Assembly (NCBI GenBank): GCA_041441465.1
Contig: JASDSY010000034.1
Coordinates: 1 to 46,847 of the forward strand
DNA length: 46,847 nt
From: Candidatus Wallbacteria bacterium
GTDB lineage: Bacteria > Muiribacteriota > UBA9980
Reading direction: 5' to 3'
Shown in pieces: positions 1 through 8,561 of the stretch. Position 1 is the stretch's first letter. Every line of letters starts with the position of its first letter. Made by a program: the position numbers and the translations under genes. The notes below the pieces were generated by a model. The model was not told the DNA's origin and ran no database searches. It worked only from the letters and a program-made list of their open reading frames with translations.

Positions 1-90
1 ATATAAACGGCGATCAGGCAAGAAAATCGTTGGAATTGGTGCTTACTATGTATAAATCTGCTGAAAGCGGAAAGTATATCGAATTTATAT
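1..90 (+). CDS. 3' fragment of an upstream gene; C-terminus resembles Gfo/Idh/MocA-family sugar oxidoreductases
   Basis: Frame 1 is open from the window edge to TAA at 88-90 (..INGDQARKSLELVLTMYKSAESGKYIEFI*). A ..SLELVLxxYxSAxxGK.. tail is typical of Gfo/Idh/MocA C-termini. Context with DegT, acetyltransferase and GT genes fits. Confidence 0.4.
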
Positions 91-124
91 AAAATTAGTC
101 ATAAGCCTATTTGCGGTTTGTAAA

Positions 125-170
125 TAAAAAAGGCTGTCCGGAAAGATAATTTCCGAACCAGCCTTTTTTG
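125..170. terminator. Bidirectional rho-independent terminator; copy 1 of a repeated nested-hairpin element
   Basis: AAAAAAGGCTGTCCGGAAAGATAATTTCCGAACCAGCCTTTTTTG. Outer stem AGGCTG/CAGCCT, inner stem TCCGGAAA/TTTCCGA, flanked by an A-run and a T-run. Lies between convergent genes. Confidence 0.7.
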
Positions 171-273
171 TTTGTGCTTTGAATTTATTTCACGTTGTTT
201 TAATTATTTGATATTGGTTGTATATTTTTCTTATGCCGATATACAATTATTAAAAAAGCTATTTTTAGGCAGT

Positions 274-1386
274 TTATTCTGGCAAATTGTTAATTTTATT
301 TGCAAGAGTGCGTGAAATGTTCTGAAATTCAAATAATTCAGAAGTTTTAAGAGCGTTGTCTTTTAATTGCTGCTTGGATTGCTGATCTAATTGATAATAA
401 TATTCTATCTTTTGGGTTAATTCTAAATCATTTCCGGTTTGGAAGAAAAATCCGTTTTCTCCTTCGACAATATAATCTTTAAGTCCGCCTTCAATGCTGC
501 CGATTACCGGAATGCCGCAGGCCATGGCTTCTATTCCGACAAGGCCGAGGCTGTCTTTAAACGTTGGGAAGATAAAAATATCAAGAATATTGTAATAATC
601 TACAAGCGATTCTGGATTGACTTGTGTAATATAAGTTATATCGTTTTCAAGTTTATATTCATTGATTTTATCGGTTAATTCAGATAAATCCGGGCCGGCG
701 CCGACTATAAGGCCGTGGATATTTTTAATCATCCCGTTATTGCGAAGCCTTTTTAATGCTTCTAAATATATGTGCCAGCCCTTTTTTTTATCTATTCTTG
801 ATATGTAGCCGATCACAAATTTGTCGCTCAATTTTAATTTTTGCTTTTCAAAATTAACTGATGGCAATGGATGGAAAAAAAATCGATTAACGCCGCCCGA
901 AGGTGAAATGAATATCTTTTCTTTTTTTACTTTATATTTTTGAGTTAAAATATCGTAGAAATGTTTTGAAGGCGAGACTATTAAGTCAGCGCGCGACAGA
1001 AAAAAACTTAATATTTTTATGAAAAAAAGATTATAAGATAAGCCGATGTATTTATTTTCAGGTATAAGATCGCCGCCGTGCACGTTTAGAACAATCTTAG
1101 TTTTGCGAGACAGCGAAACTAAGATCAAAGGAAAGCATATATGACTCGGGTAATGGCCGTAAATTATATCATAATTTTCCAAAAAGCCGGCCTTTATTAT
1201 TTTTATATAAAATTTTAAGTATTCTAAAATCTTTCCAATTATTCCGCGAAATTTATAATTTAAGACTATCTTTATTAAATCGAATCCGTTTTGGATCAAA
1301 CCTTCTTCGCATCTTTTGACGAAAATTCCATAAGACGGCATCTTATCGGTTGGGTATAAACTGGAAATATATAATATTTTTTTCAT
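274..1386 (-). CDS. Glycosyltransferase, family GT1/GT4-like
   Basis: 370 aa. C-terminal GT1 signature region ..EAMACGIPVIGSIEGGLKDYIVEGENGFFF... Co-directional with the aminotransferase and acetyltransferase. Confidence 0.8.
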   Translation of the reverse strand: MKKILYISSLYPTDKMPSYGIFVKRCEEGLIQNGFDLIKIVLNYKFRGIIGKILEYLKFYIKIIKAGFLENYDIIYGHYPSHICFPLILVSLSRKTKIVLNVHGGDLIPENKYIGLSYNLFFIKILSFFLSRADLIVSPSKHFYDILTQKYKVKKEKIFISPSGGVNRFFFHPLPSVNFEKQKLKLSDKFVIGYISRIDKKKGWHIYLEALKRLRNNGMIKNIHGLIVGAGPDLSELTDKINEYKLENDITYITQVNPESLVDYYNILDIFIFPTFKDSLGLVGIEAMACGIPVIGSIEGGLKDYIVEGENGFFFQTGNDLELTQKIEYYYQLDQQSKQQLKDNALKTSELFEFQNISRTLANKINNLPE

Positions 1387-1415
1387 AAATATTTTTTATG
1401 TGATAATATTTTTAT

Positions 1416-2165
1416 TTATTGATTTTCAAGCAATTGTTCGCCGGATACGTCGCGTATTATTTTAGCCGGAACACCCATTGCCACTTTTTTAGCCGGAACA
1501 TCTCTTGTAACTACCGAGCCGGCCGCCACTAAAGCGTCTTCGTTTAAAGTTACGCCCGGTAAAATTGTCGCGTTGCCCCCGATTCTGGAGCCCTTTTTAG
1601 CCGTTATGCCTTTCATTTTAGAAAGCCTTTCTTTGGTGCGCCCTAAATAATTATCGTTTGTGGTGCATACGTTCGGCGCTATGAAGACCCTGTCTTCGAT
1701 TTTGGAATATGCGGTTATATAAGCATTGGTTTCGAGCTTGACATATTCGCCTATTTCGCAAAAATTTTCGACGGCTACGCCGCGGCCGATAATTGTAAAT
1801 TGTCCGATTTTAACATTCTCGCGGATTGTTGCCAGATCCGCTATAAGTACTTTCTGGCCGATTTCACAGCCGCGGTAAATTACGACATTTGCGCCGATTA
1901 TACAGTTATCGCCAATTATGCACGCTGGAAGTTCGCCGGTTGGCTTCATGACGGAATTTGCCGCGCGCATCGGCAGTTTTCCGATTACCGTATTATCGTC
2001 AATTCTAACATTAGCGCCTATCGATGAGCCTTCATGAATTATGACATTTGAGCCTATGATTGTGCCGGGGCCGATTGTAACTTCCGCCGATATGATTACA
2101 TTAAATCCCATTTTGATGCCGGCCGGAATTTTGGCAGACTCGTGTATATGATTGTTGTTAAGCAT
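1416..2165 (-). CDS. Hexapeptide-repeat (left-handed beta-helix) sugar N-acetyltransferase, WbpD/PglD-like
   Basis: Many [LIV]-G-x-x-x-x hexapeptide repeats (IGANVVIYRGCEIGQKVLIAD...). Start moved to the ATG at 2165, which is preceded by AAGGAG 7 nt upstream. ATGCTTAA overlaps the stop of the upstream aminotransferase. Confidence 0.8.
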   Translation of the reverse strand: MLNNNHIHESAKIPAGIKMGFNVIISAEVTIGPGTIIGSNVIIHEGSSIGANVRIDDNTVIGKLPMRAANSVMKPTGELPACIIGDNCIIGANVVIYRGCEIGQKVLIADLATIRENVKIGQFTIIGRGVAVENFCEIGEYVKLETNAYITAYSKIEDRVFIAPNVCTTNDNYLGRTKERLSKMKGITAKKGSRIGGNATILPGVTLNEDALVAAGSVVTRDVPAKKVAMGVPAKIIRDVSGEQLLENQ

Positions 2166-3297
2166 GATTAGCTCCTTTTTTTGATTCGGTATTATAAAGT
2201 TTTTCGGCTTCGATAACTTTTTCGGCGACAAAGTTTATTTGATCTTCAGTCATTTCGGCGAATATCGGTAACGATAAAATGGTTTCCGTAGTATTTTCGC
2301 TGACCGGTAAGTCGCCTTTCGAATAGCCAAGTTCTTTAAAACATTCCTGTAAGTGCATTGACAAAGGATAATAAATGCCGGCTTCGATTTTATTTGATTT
2401 TAAAAATTCAAGTACTTTGTCGCGGTTACCAATTTTTATGGCATATTGATGATAAATGTGCCGGCCGTAATCAGCGGCGTAAGGTATTGTAATATTAGTA
2501 TTCCGGAATGCCGTGTTGTATTTTTGGGCTATATTTTGCCTTGTGCTATTCCAAAGTGATATATATTTAAGTTTAACCCTTAGTATTGCGGCTTGTATTT
2601 CATCAAGCCTTGAATTAATGCCTATCAGTTTATGATAATATTTAGGTTTGGCTCCGTGCAGCCTTAATAATCTTAATTTTTCAGCAAGTGTATCGTTATT
2701 TGTAGTGATTGCGCCGCCGTCGCCGAAACAGCCAAGGTTTTTAGTCGGGAAAAAAGAAATGCACCCTAAATCGCCGATTGTCGCGACATATTTATTTTTA
2801 TATTCCGCGCCGAACGCCTGGGCGCAGTCTTCTATCAAAGCGATGTTGTGTTCGGCCGCGATAGTTTTTAACGGGTCAAGATCGGCCGCCTGGCCGTAAA
2901 TATGGACGGGGATAATAGCTTTGGTTTTTGAAGTGATTTTTTCTTTGACAAGGCTCGGATTTATGTTGTAGGTTTGGGCGTCTATATCTACAAATACAGG
3001 TTTTGCGCCGAGCCGTACTATCGCGCCGGCTGTCGCGAAAAATGTAAACGGCGTTGTTATAACTTCGTCGCCTTGTTTTATGCCATACGCCATTAATGAT
3101 AATAAAATTGCGTCCGATCCCGATGCGCATGCAATAACGTGCTTAACATTCAAAAATTTCGCTATTTCTTCTTCCAGTGACTTTACGTTCGGTCCCATTA
3201 TAAAATGGCAATTTGATAAAACATCCAAAACGGCGTTATCTATTTCTGATTTTAGGTTTTTATATTGAAGCTTTAAATCTATGAACGGTACTGTCAT
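2158..3297 (-). CDS. DegT/DnrJ/EryC1/StrS-family PLP-dependent sugar aminotransferase
   Basis: 379 aa. N-terminus MTVPFIDLKLQYKNLKSEIDNAVLDVLSNCHFIMGPNVKSLEEEIAKF... is typical of the family. Candidate -35/-10 (TTGTTT/TAAAAT) and GGGAGAG ribosome-binding site upstream. Confidence 0.9.
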   Translation of the reverse strand: MTVPFIDLKLQYKNLKSEIDNAVLDVLSNCHFIMGPNVKSLEEEIAKFLNVKHVIACASGSDAILLSLMAYGIKQGDEVITTPFTFFATAGAIVRLGAKPVFVDIDAQTYNINPSLVKEKITSKTKAIIPVHIYGQAADLDPLKTIAAEHNIALIEDCAQAFGAEYKNKYVATIGDLGCISFFPTKNLGCFGDGGAITTNNDTLAEKLRLLRLHGAKPKYYHKLIGINSRLDEIQAAILRVKLKYISLWNSTRQNIAQKYNTAFRNTNITIPYAADYGRHIYHQYAIKIGNRDKVLEFLKSNKIEAGIYYPLSMHLQECFKELGYSKGDLPVSENTTETILSLPIFAEMTEDQINFVAEKVIEAEKLYNTESKKGANHA

Positions 3298-3371
3298 ATT
3301 TGCTCTCCCGGTATTTTAATTTTTATTATTTTACATTATTATCATAAAAAAAACAATAATTATTTAATGAT

Positions 3372-3415
3372 AAAACCCTTCGAAACAAATTATGTTTAGA
3401 AGGGTTTTTATTTAT
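3372..3415. terminator. Hairpin terminator between tRNA-Ala and the DegT operon promoter
   Basis: AAAACCCTTC-(17 nt)-GAAGGGTTTT followed by a T-rich run. Readable on both strands. Confidence 0.6.
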
Positions 3416-3417
3416 TA

Positions 3418-3491
<74 letters not shown>

Positions 3492-3549
3492 TTATGAATT
3501 TTTAAACGTGCATAAAATACCAAAAAAATATATTTTTGTCAATATTTTG

Positions 3550-6054
3550 TTAGTATATTGATGAAATTTTTTGTGCTTTATAATTTACTATATCGAATTT
3601 ATTACCGTTTGGAATGATTATTATCCCGCCGCTTTCTTTAGATACTAATAAAAGTTTCGAGTATTTTCCTAAAATTTCGGCGCTTTTTTTGTGAGGATGT
3701 CCGAATTTATTGTTTTCTGCGGCGTAAACAAACGACAATTCAGGCCTGAGTTTTTTAATAAATTCTTCGCTGCTTGAAGTTTTGGAGCCGTGATGAGCTA
3801 CTTTTAAAATTTTAACGCCTGCGTCTGGGATTTTGGTTATTAACTCATTTTCAACATTTTGGGAAATATCGCCGCCAAAAAAAGCCGTTAAATTTTTGTA
3901 ACTCATTAAAAATGCTATTGAACAGTCGTTTTCGTTCTGCCTGAAATTGATTTTATGATTTGGAATGCCGGGCCATAAAAATTTAAAATTTATATTATCG
4001 ATATCTAGTTCATTACCTGCTTTAACATAAACTTGATTTTGATCGGTACCATCGAGCCTCAGTAATAGCCTTTTATATTCGGTTTCATTTGAATACGAAT
4101 CGGAATAAATCCAATTTTTTATGATTAAGCCGCTTTCAAGAAGTTTTAAGGCGGCGCAATAATGATCATAATGGCCGTGAGTTATGATCAAATATTCGAT
4201 TTTATTGACTCTGATCTTTTGAAATAGCGGAAGCAGTATTTTTTCGTATACATTCTCGTTGCTGCCTCCGGCGTCGATCAGGATATACCGTCCCTTTTCG
4301 GTTCTGATCAATGTGCAGTCGCCCTGACCGGTATCTATAAAATACATTTCAAAACCGCGCTGATATTGTAATATAAATGATTTTACGGTGATCAGCAATA
4401 TGATTATAATCGAAGTTTTTAATAGAAAATTAAAATTGATGTAATTATCTAAAAGTATTTTTAAATTGTCAAAAAACAATCCGGAAAATATTAAAATGGC
4501 CGCATAAAGCAAAAATACTTCAATAAATGAAAGATCATAAGGCGCCAGATTGTATTGCATTATTAAAGATAAAAAAGAATTTATTTTAAGAGCGACAAAT
4601 GAAATAAAAAACAGCGCCGGCGTTATTAATAGGCATAACGGAGCGATTGTGATATGGAAAAAAATGAATAGTATAGCTAAAATTAGCACCAATTCATATA
4701 GCCATAATGTTAAAACATTTGAAATAAATGCGCATGACGGTAAAAAGCCTGTGAAGTAAGCTATCGCAGGATATGTTCCGGCCGTTGTTATTACGCAGGC
4801 GTTAATGTTTTCAAAAATGGTTTTTATAAGCTCATGATTGCAAATTTTTGTCTTATCCAAAAAATAAAAAATATTTATACTTTTAGAGGCCAGCAGCATA
4901 ATTGTAGCTATGTATGAAAGCCAGAATCCAAAATTAAATATGAAATTCGGCCATATTAAAACTTGTATAAAAAATGCTGCGGCCAGAATTTGAAATTCAT
5001 ATTTTTCACGTCCGGCAAGCGAAGCTAATTGACACAGCATAAACGCTATATACGCTCTCACAACTGCGGCCTGAATGCCTACAATTGCTATATAAGATGT
5101 CGTTATCGTTCCTATTATTAGAAAACTAAATTTAAAGTCTAATTTTAATTTTTTCAACAATGAATTAATAAGTGAAATTAAAAGTGTGAGATGGCTTCCG
5201 CTGACTACCAGAACATGTATGAGTCCGGTTTTTTTAAAATCTGTCAGAATGTTTTTTTCAAGTTCGCTCGAGTCGCCGAGAATGAACGCTTTTAAAAATC
5301 CGGCAATTTCCGGCCTGAAATTATTTGTGAATCCTGTTTTGATTTTTTCGGCGAAAAATTCATTTAAACTTAGAAATTTTTTTCTTGAAATAATTTTTAA
5401 ATTGGTATTATGTGTTTTTACTCGAAAATTTGGTTTTGAAATTAATGGATTAATTCCGTAATATATTACCGGATTTTTATATTCGTGAGTTTTTTCAACT
5501 ATTCCTTTTAAATTAATCTTATCGCCATTTATTAATAATGTCCTATTTACGCCTTTTTCAACTGAAATATAAACAGGAATATCGCCCGTTATGTTAAAAT
5601 TTTTGTTTTTATGATTTTTAACGCTTTCTATTTCTAAAATAAAAAAGATGCTGTTATTTTCATTTTTAATATTTTTAATAAATCCTGTCAATTCAATAAT
5701 GGTGCCGTTAGTTATGAAATAGTTTAATAAGGTTGCGTGTTCTGCCGCTAAATTGAGGCCGCGGTAATTCCCGGACAAAAAAATGCAGATTAATGAAATG
5801 AAGACGATGTGTTTTTCGGTTAATGAAGTATTTGAGTAAAGCCTTATTATCAGTATAAATATAATTGAAAATAAGAAAATATAAATGAATTTTATTTTTA
5901 ACAAAACGGCGCCGTTGAAATAACTTATTAACCCGGCGCCGCTTAATACACCGAAGACATAGAATATTATTATTATTAAAAGTTTAAAATTTATTTTGTT
6001 AAGCATAGCGGCTGCAGTATTGTTCCTAACGGCCTTTTTTATTTTGGCCTGCAT
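3550..6054 (-). CDS. comEC: DNA internalisation competence protein ComEC/Rec2
   Basis: 834 aa polytopic membrane protein. C-terminal metallo-beta-lactamase domain (DTGQGDCTLI...ITHGHYDHY...VAHHGSKTSS). Confidence 0.9.
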   Translation of the reverse strand: MQAKIKKAVRNNTAAAMLNKINFKLLIIIIFYVFGVLSGAGLISYFNGAVLLKIKFIYIFLFSIIFILIIRLYSNTSLTEKHIVFISLICIFLSGNYRGLNLAAEHATLLNYFITNGTIIELTGFIKNIKNENNSIFFILEIESVKNHKNKNFNITGDIPVYISVEKGVNRTLLINGDKINLKGIVEKTHEYKNPVIYYGINPLISKPNFRVKTHNTNLKIISRKKFLSLNEFFAEKIKTGFTNNFRPEIAGFLKAFILGDSSELEKNILTDFKKTGLIHVLVVSGSHLTLLISLINSLLKKLKLDFKFSFLIIGTITTSYIAIVGIQAAVVRAYIAFMLCQLASLAGREKYEFQILAAAFFIQVLIWPNFIFNFGFWLSYIATIMLLASKSINIFYFLDKTKICNHELIKTIFENINACVITTAGTYPAIAYFTGFLPSCAFISNVLTLWLYELVLILAILFIFFHITIAPLCLLITPALFFISFVALKINSFLSLIMQYNLAPYDLSFIEVFLLYAAILIFSGLFFDNLKILLDNYINFNFLLKTSIIIILLITVKSFILQYQRGFEMYFIDTGQGDCTLIRTEKGRYILIDAGGSNENVYEKILLPLFQKIRVNKIEYLIITHGHYDHYCAALKLLESGLIIKNWIYSDSYSNETEYKRLLLRLDGTDQNQVYVKAGNELDIDNINFKFLWPGIPNHKINFRQNENDCSIAFLMSYKNLTAFFGGDISQNVENELITKIPDAGVKILKVAHHGSKTSSSEEFIKKLRPELSFVYAAENNKFGHPHKKSAEILGKYSKLLLVSKESGGIIIIPNGNKFDIVNYKAQKISSIY

Positions 6055-6263
6055 TTAATAGATGATATGTCGTAGTTGACTTTTCATGTTTATAATTCGG
6101 CGGACTCGAGACCATTTTAAACAGGTTATTCGCTTAACTCGTATAGAAACGAATACATTTAAACAGCCAGATTTTAAAATATTTATTATAAATTTATTAA
6201 TATTTTTTTTTAATAATAACTTTCAATAATCAAAAAAATGCTGCGATATTTTTGGCGGAAGTA

Positions 6264-7337
6264 TTAGTTACTCAAAAAACCGGCTTTTACCTTTTGCTCT
6301 ATTTGCCTGAATATTTGTTCATTCTGCTTGAGAAAACATTTTATATTTTCTCGGCCCTGGCCGATTCTTTCTTTGTCGAAGCTATACCACGCGCCGTTTT
6401 TTTCGATTACGCCCTGGGCCAGCGCGAGTTCTATCATGTCGGCTTCGGCTGAAAACCCTTCATTGAACATAAGATCCAACTCGGCTGATTTGAAAGGCAT
6501 TGCGCATTTATTTTTTGTGACTTTGACCCGGACTTTTATGCCGGCCGGCGTTTCTGCGTTTTTTATTACCTCGATTTTTCTTACTTCAAGCCTTATGGAT
6601 GAAAAAAATTTTAATGCGCGTCCGCCCGGCGTAGTTTCTGAATTTCCGAACATTACTCCGATTTTATCTCTGAGCTGATTTATGAATATTACAGTGCAGT
6701 TATTATTAGCTGCCAGGGAGGTTATGCGCCTCAATCCGGAAGCCATTAATCTCGCTTGAAGCCCTATTTGCATTTCATTCATTGTGGCCTCGATTTCAGC
6801 TCTGGGAACTAGCGCAGCGACCGAATCGATTACGATTAATTTAATTATTCCGCTTTTTATAAGGGCGGAACAGATTTCAAAGCTTTCTTCGCCGCTTCCG
6901 GGCTGTGATATTAAAAGGTTTTGAGTCTGGATGCCGATTTTCTTGGCTAATTTTATATCGAGCGCATGTTCTGCGTCGATAAATGCCGCCACGCCGCCGT
7001 TCATCTGATAATTTGCGATAATGTTAAGCGTTAAAGTCGTTTTGCCGGAAGATTCAGGGCCGTATATTTCTATTATCCTGCCGCACGGTATTCCGCCGAT
7101 TCCTAATGCCGCGTCTAACGATAATAATCCGGTGGAAATCGCATCGATATTTTCGGATGCCGCGTTATCGCAATCGTCGCTGAATATTGTGCCAGCACCG
7201 AATTTCTTTATCATTTGCTGCTTTAAGCCGTTCAGGCTTTCTGAGTTTAAAGCTTTAGGCGAATCCTCGAAAGCTGTCGGCCGTTCTGTAATGTTATTTT
7301 TTTCGTTTTTCCTGGTTTTCACTTTTTCGTTTTCCAT
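6264..7337 (-). CDS. recA: Recombinase RecA
   Basis: GRIIEIYGPESSGKTTLTL Walker A. Aligns along its full length with RecA. About 40-aa low-complexity N-terminal extension. GGGGAGG ribosome-binding site. Confidence 0.95.
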   Translation of the reverse strand: MENEKVKTRKNEKNNITERPTAFEDSPKALNSESLNGLKQQMIKKFGAGTIFSDDCDNAASENIDAISTGLLSLDAALGIGGIPCGRIIEIYGPESSGKTTLTLNIIANYQMNGGVAAFIDAEHALDIKLAKKIGIQTQNLLISQPGSGEESFEICSALIKSGIIKLIVIDSVAALVPRAEIEATMNEMQIGLQARLMASGLRRITSLAANNNCTVIFINQLRDKIGVMFGNSETTPGGRALKFFSSIRLEVRKIEVIKNAETPAGIKVRVKVTKNKCAMPFKSAELDLMFNEGFSAEADMIELALAQGVIEKNGAWYSFDKERIGQGRENIKCFLKQNEQIFRQIEQKVKAGFLSN

Positions 7338-7444
7338 TTAAAACCTCCCCTAAATTTAGATTTTATAGTTTTGAGAATTGCTATATAAAAAAATCAATAA
7401 TAAGTGAAATGGTTTCCTTTAATTGCTTTTTTATGATATCCATT

Positions 7445-8047
7445 TTAATAAGCGATAAAATATTTTTTTAATGTCTGGATTCTTTTGGTGCCAATTCCGC
7501 CAATGGATGTGAGTTCGTCGATTTTCTGGATTCTATTTCCGTTTTTTTGCCTGTATTCGATTATCTTAATACCAATCTTTTCGCCGAGGCCTTTGATTTT
7601 TTTAAACTGATTGATGTCAGCCAAATTTATGTCGATGCGCGGATTTTCAGATTCACCGGAATTGTTTAATTCGTCAGGATTTGAAAGATCAGGCGTTAAA
7701 TCGCCAGAAACATAAATTTTATCCTTGATTTTTTCATACATTCTTGGACCTATTCCGCTGATTTTCCTTAATTCGCATTTTGTCCGGAATTCGCCGGCTT
7801 CTTCACGGTATTTTATTATTCTTTCGGCCAGGCCGCTCCCGATTCCCGGGATTAATGACATTTCTTCGGCTGTAGCATCGTTCAGGCTCAATGGAAATTC
7901 AATTACGGCGATATTTTTTGAGTTGTATGGACCGTCGCCCGCCCATACCTTATTTTCAAAAAATACGTTTGCGAATATTCCGAATAATAAGACTCCGATT
8001 AAAAATAATGACATTAAACGGTTGTTTTTACTTTTTGTTTCTTTCAT
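7445..8047 (-). CDS. comEA: Competence protein ComEA (helix-hairpin-helix DNA receptor)
   Basis: N-terminal transmembrane anchor. Two HhH repeats (LNDATAEEMSLIPGIGSGLAERII ; LNNS..INLADINQFKKIKGLGEKIGIKIIEYR). GGAGG ribosome-binding site. Confidence 0.85.
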   Translation of the reverse strand: MKETKSKNNRLMSLFLIGVLLFGIFANVFFENKVWAGDGPYNSKNIAVIEFPLSLNDATAEEMSLIPGIGSGLAERIIKYREEAGEFRTKCELRKISGIGPRMYEKIKDKIYVSGDLTPDLSNPDELNNSGESENPRIDINLADINQFKKIKGLGEKIGIKIIEYRQKNGNRIQKIDELTSIGGIGTKRIQTLKKYFIAY

Positions 8048-8085
8048 GATATTGTTCCTCCGTTAAGTTTATTATTGTAATGACA

Positions 8086-8103
8086 AAAAGCGTGCCATTT
8101 AAA
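8086..8103 (-). promoter_or_regulatory. Candidate sigma-54 promoter upstream of comEA (perfect -24 element, imperfect -12)
   Basis: Minus strand reads TGGCACGCTTTTTGTCA, against consensus TGGCACG-N4-TTGCW. The only deviation is TTGT instead of TTGC. Sits about 40-55 nt upstream of the comEA ATG. Confidence 0.3.
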
Positions 8104-8488
8104 AACCATTGAAAAAAGGTTTAATTATAAAACCGGCAGTATCGATTTGAGACTTGATCTTGTAATTTTTTTAAAAAAAATCAGGCGCTGAATAAAAAAA
8201 CCTTATAACGCCTTATTTTTTTAATCATAAACTAACTAAAAAAATGCAGTTAAAAAATCTCAAATTGACACTTGCGATATCAAAATGAGACCATGGTTTT
8301 ATGTTTTAACTATGGAATTATAATAATTAAGGAATTAAGGTAATTTTGATTGTTATAATAAATTCCCGATTTTATTATATTTTGAAAGGAAATATTATAT
8401 ATATTTTTTTCTTTTGAGAAGTTTTTAAAAAAAAATATATATAATCACGGTTTTAAGCATAATATCGATATATTGTACTTAATTTTAC

Positions 8489-8517
8489 TTGACAATTTCT
8501 TTTTTTAAATATATAAT
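8489..8517 (+). promoter_or_regulatory. Sigma-70 promoter for the 8562-10599 operon
   Basis: TTGACA-17 nt-TATAAT. A second copy of the -10/CAC motif (AAATATATATAATCAC) lies about 74 bp upstream at 8433-8448. Confidence 0.65.
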
Positions 8518-8561
8518 CACACAGTAAAATTTAAGGTTTTATAATAATGGAGGTATGATTA

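Noticed and set aside
439-678. 79-aa plus-strand ORF inside the glycosyltransferase gene, and similar short antisense ORFs (1800-2027, 2648-2899, 4550-4759, 5186-5461, 6328-6678, 13850-14218, 15442-15777, 18337-18651, 37516-37974 and others)
   Set aside because: All are fully nested in well-supported genes on the opposite strand. They have no ribosome-binding site and no recognisable motifs.
1416-2231. Longer 271-aa version of the acetyltransferase starting at 2231
   Set aside because: It would overlap the upstream aminotransferase by 74 nt. The internal ATG at 2165 has a perfect AAGGAG ribosome-binding site and gives the common ATGnnTAA-style coupling.
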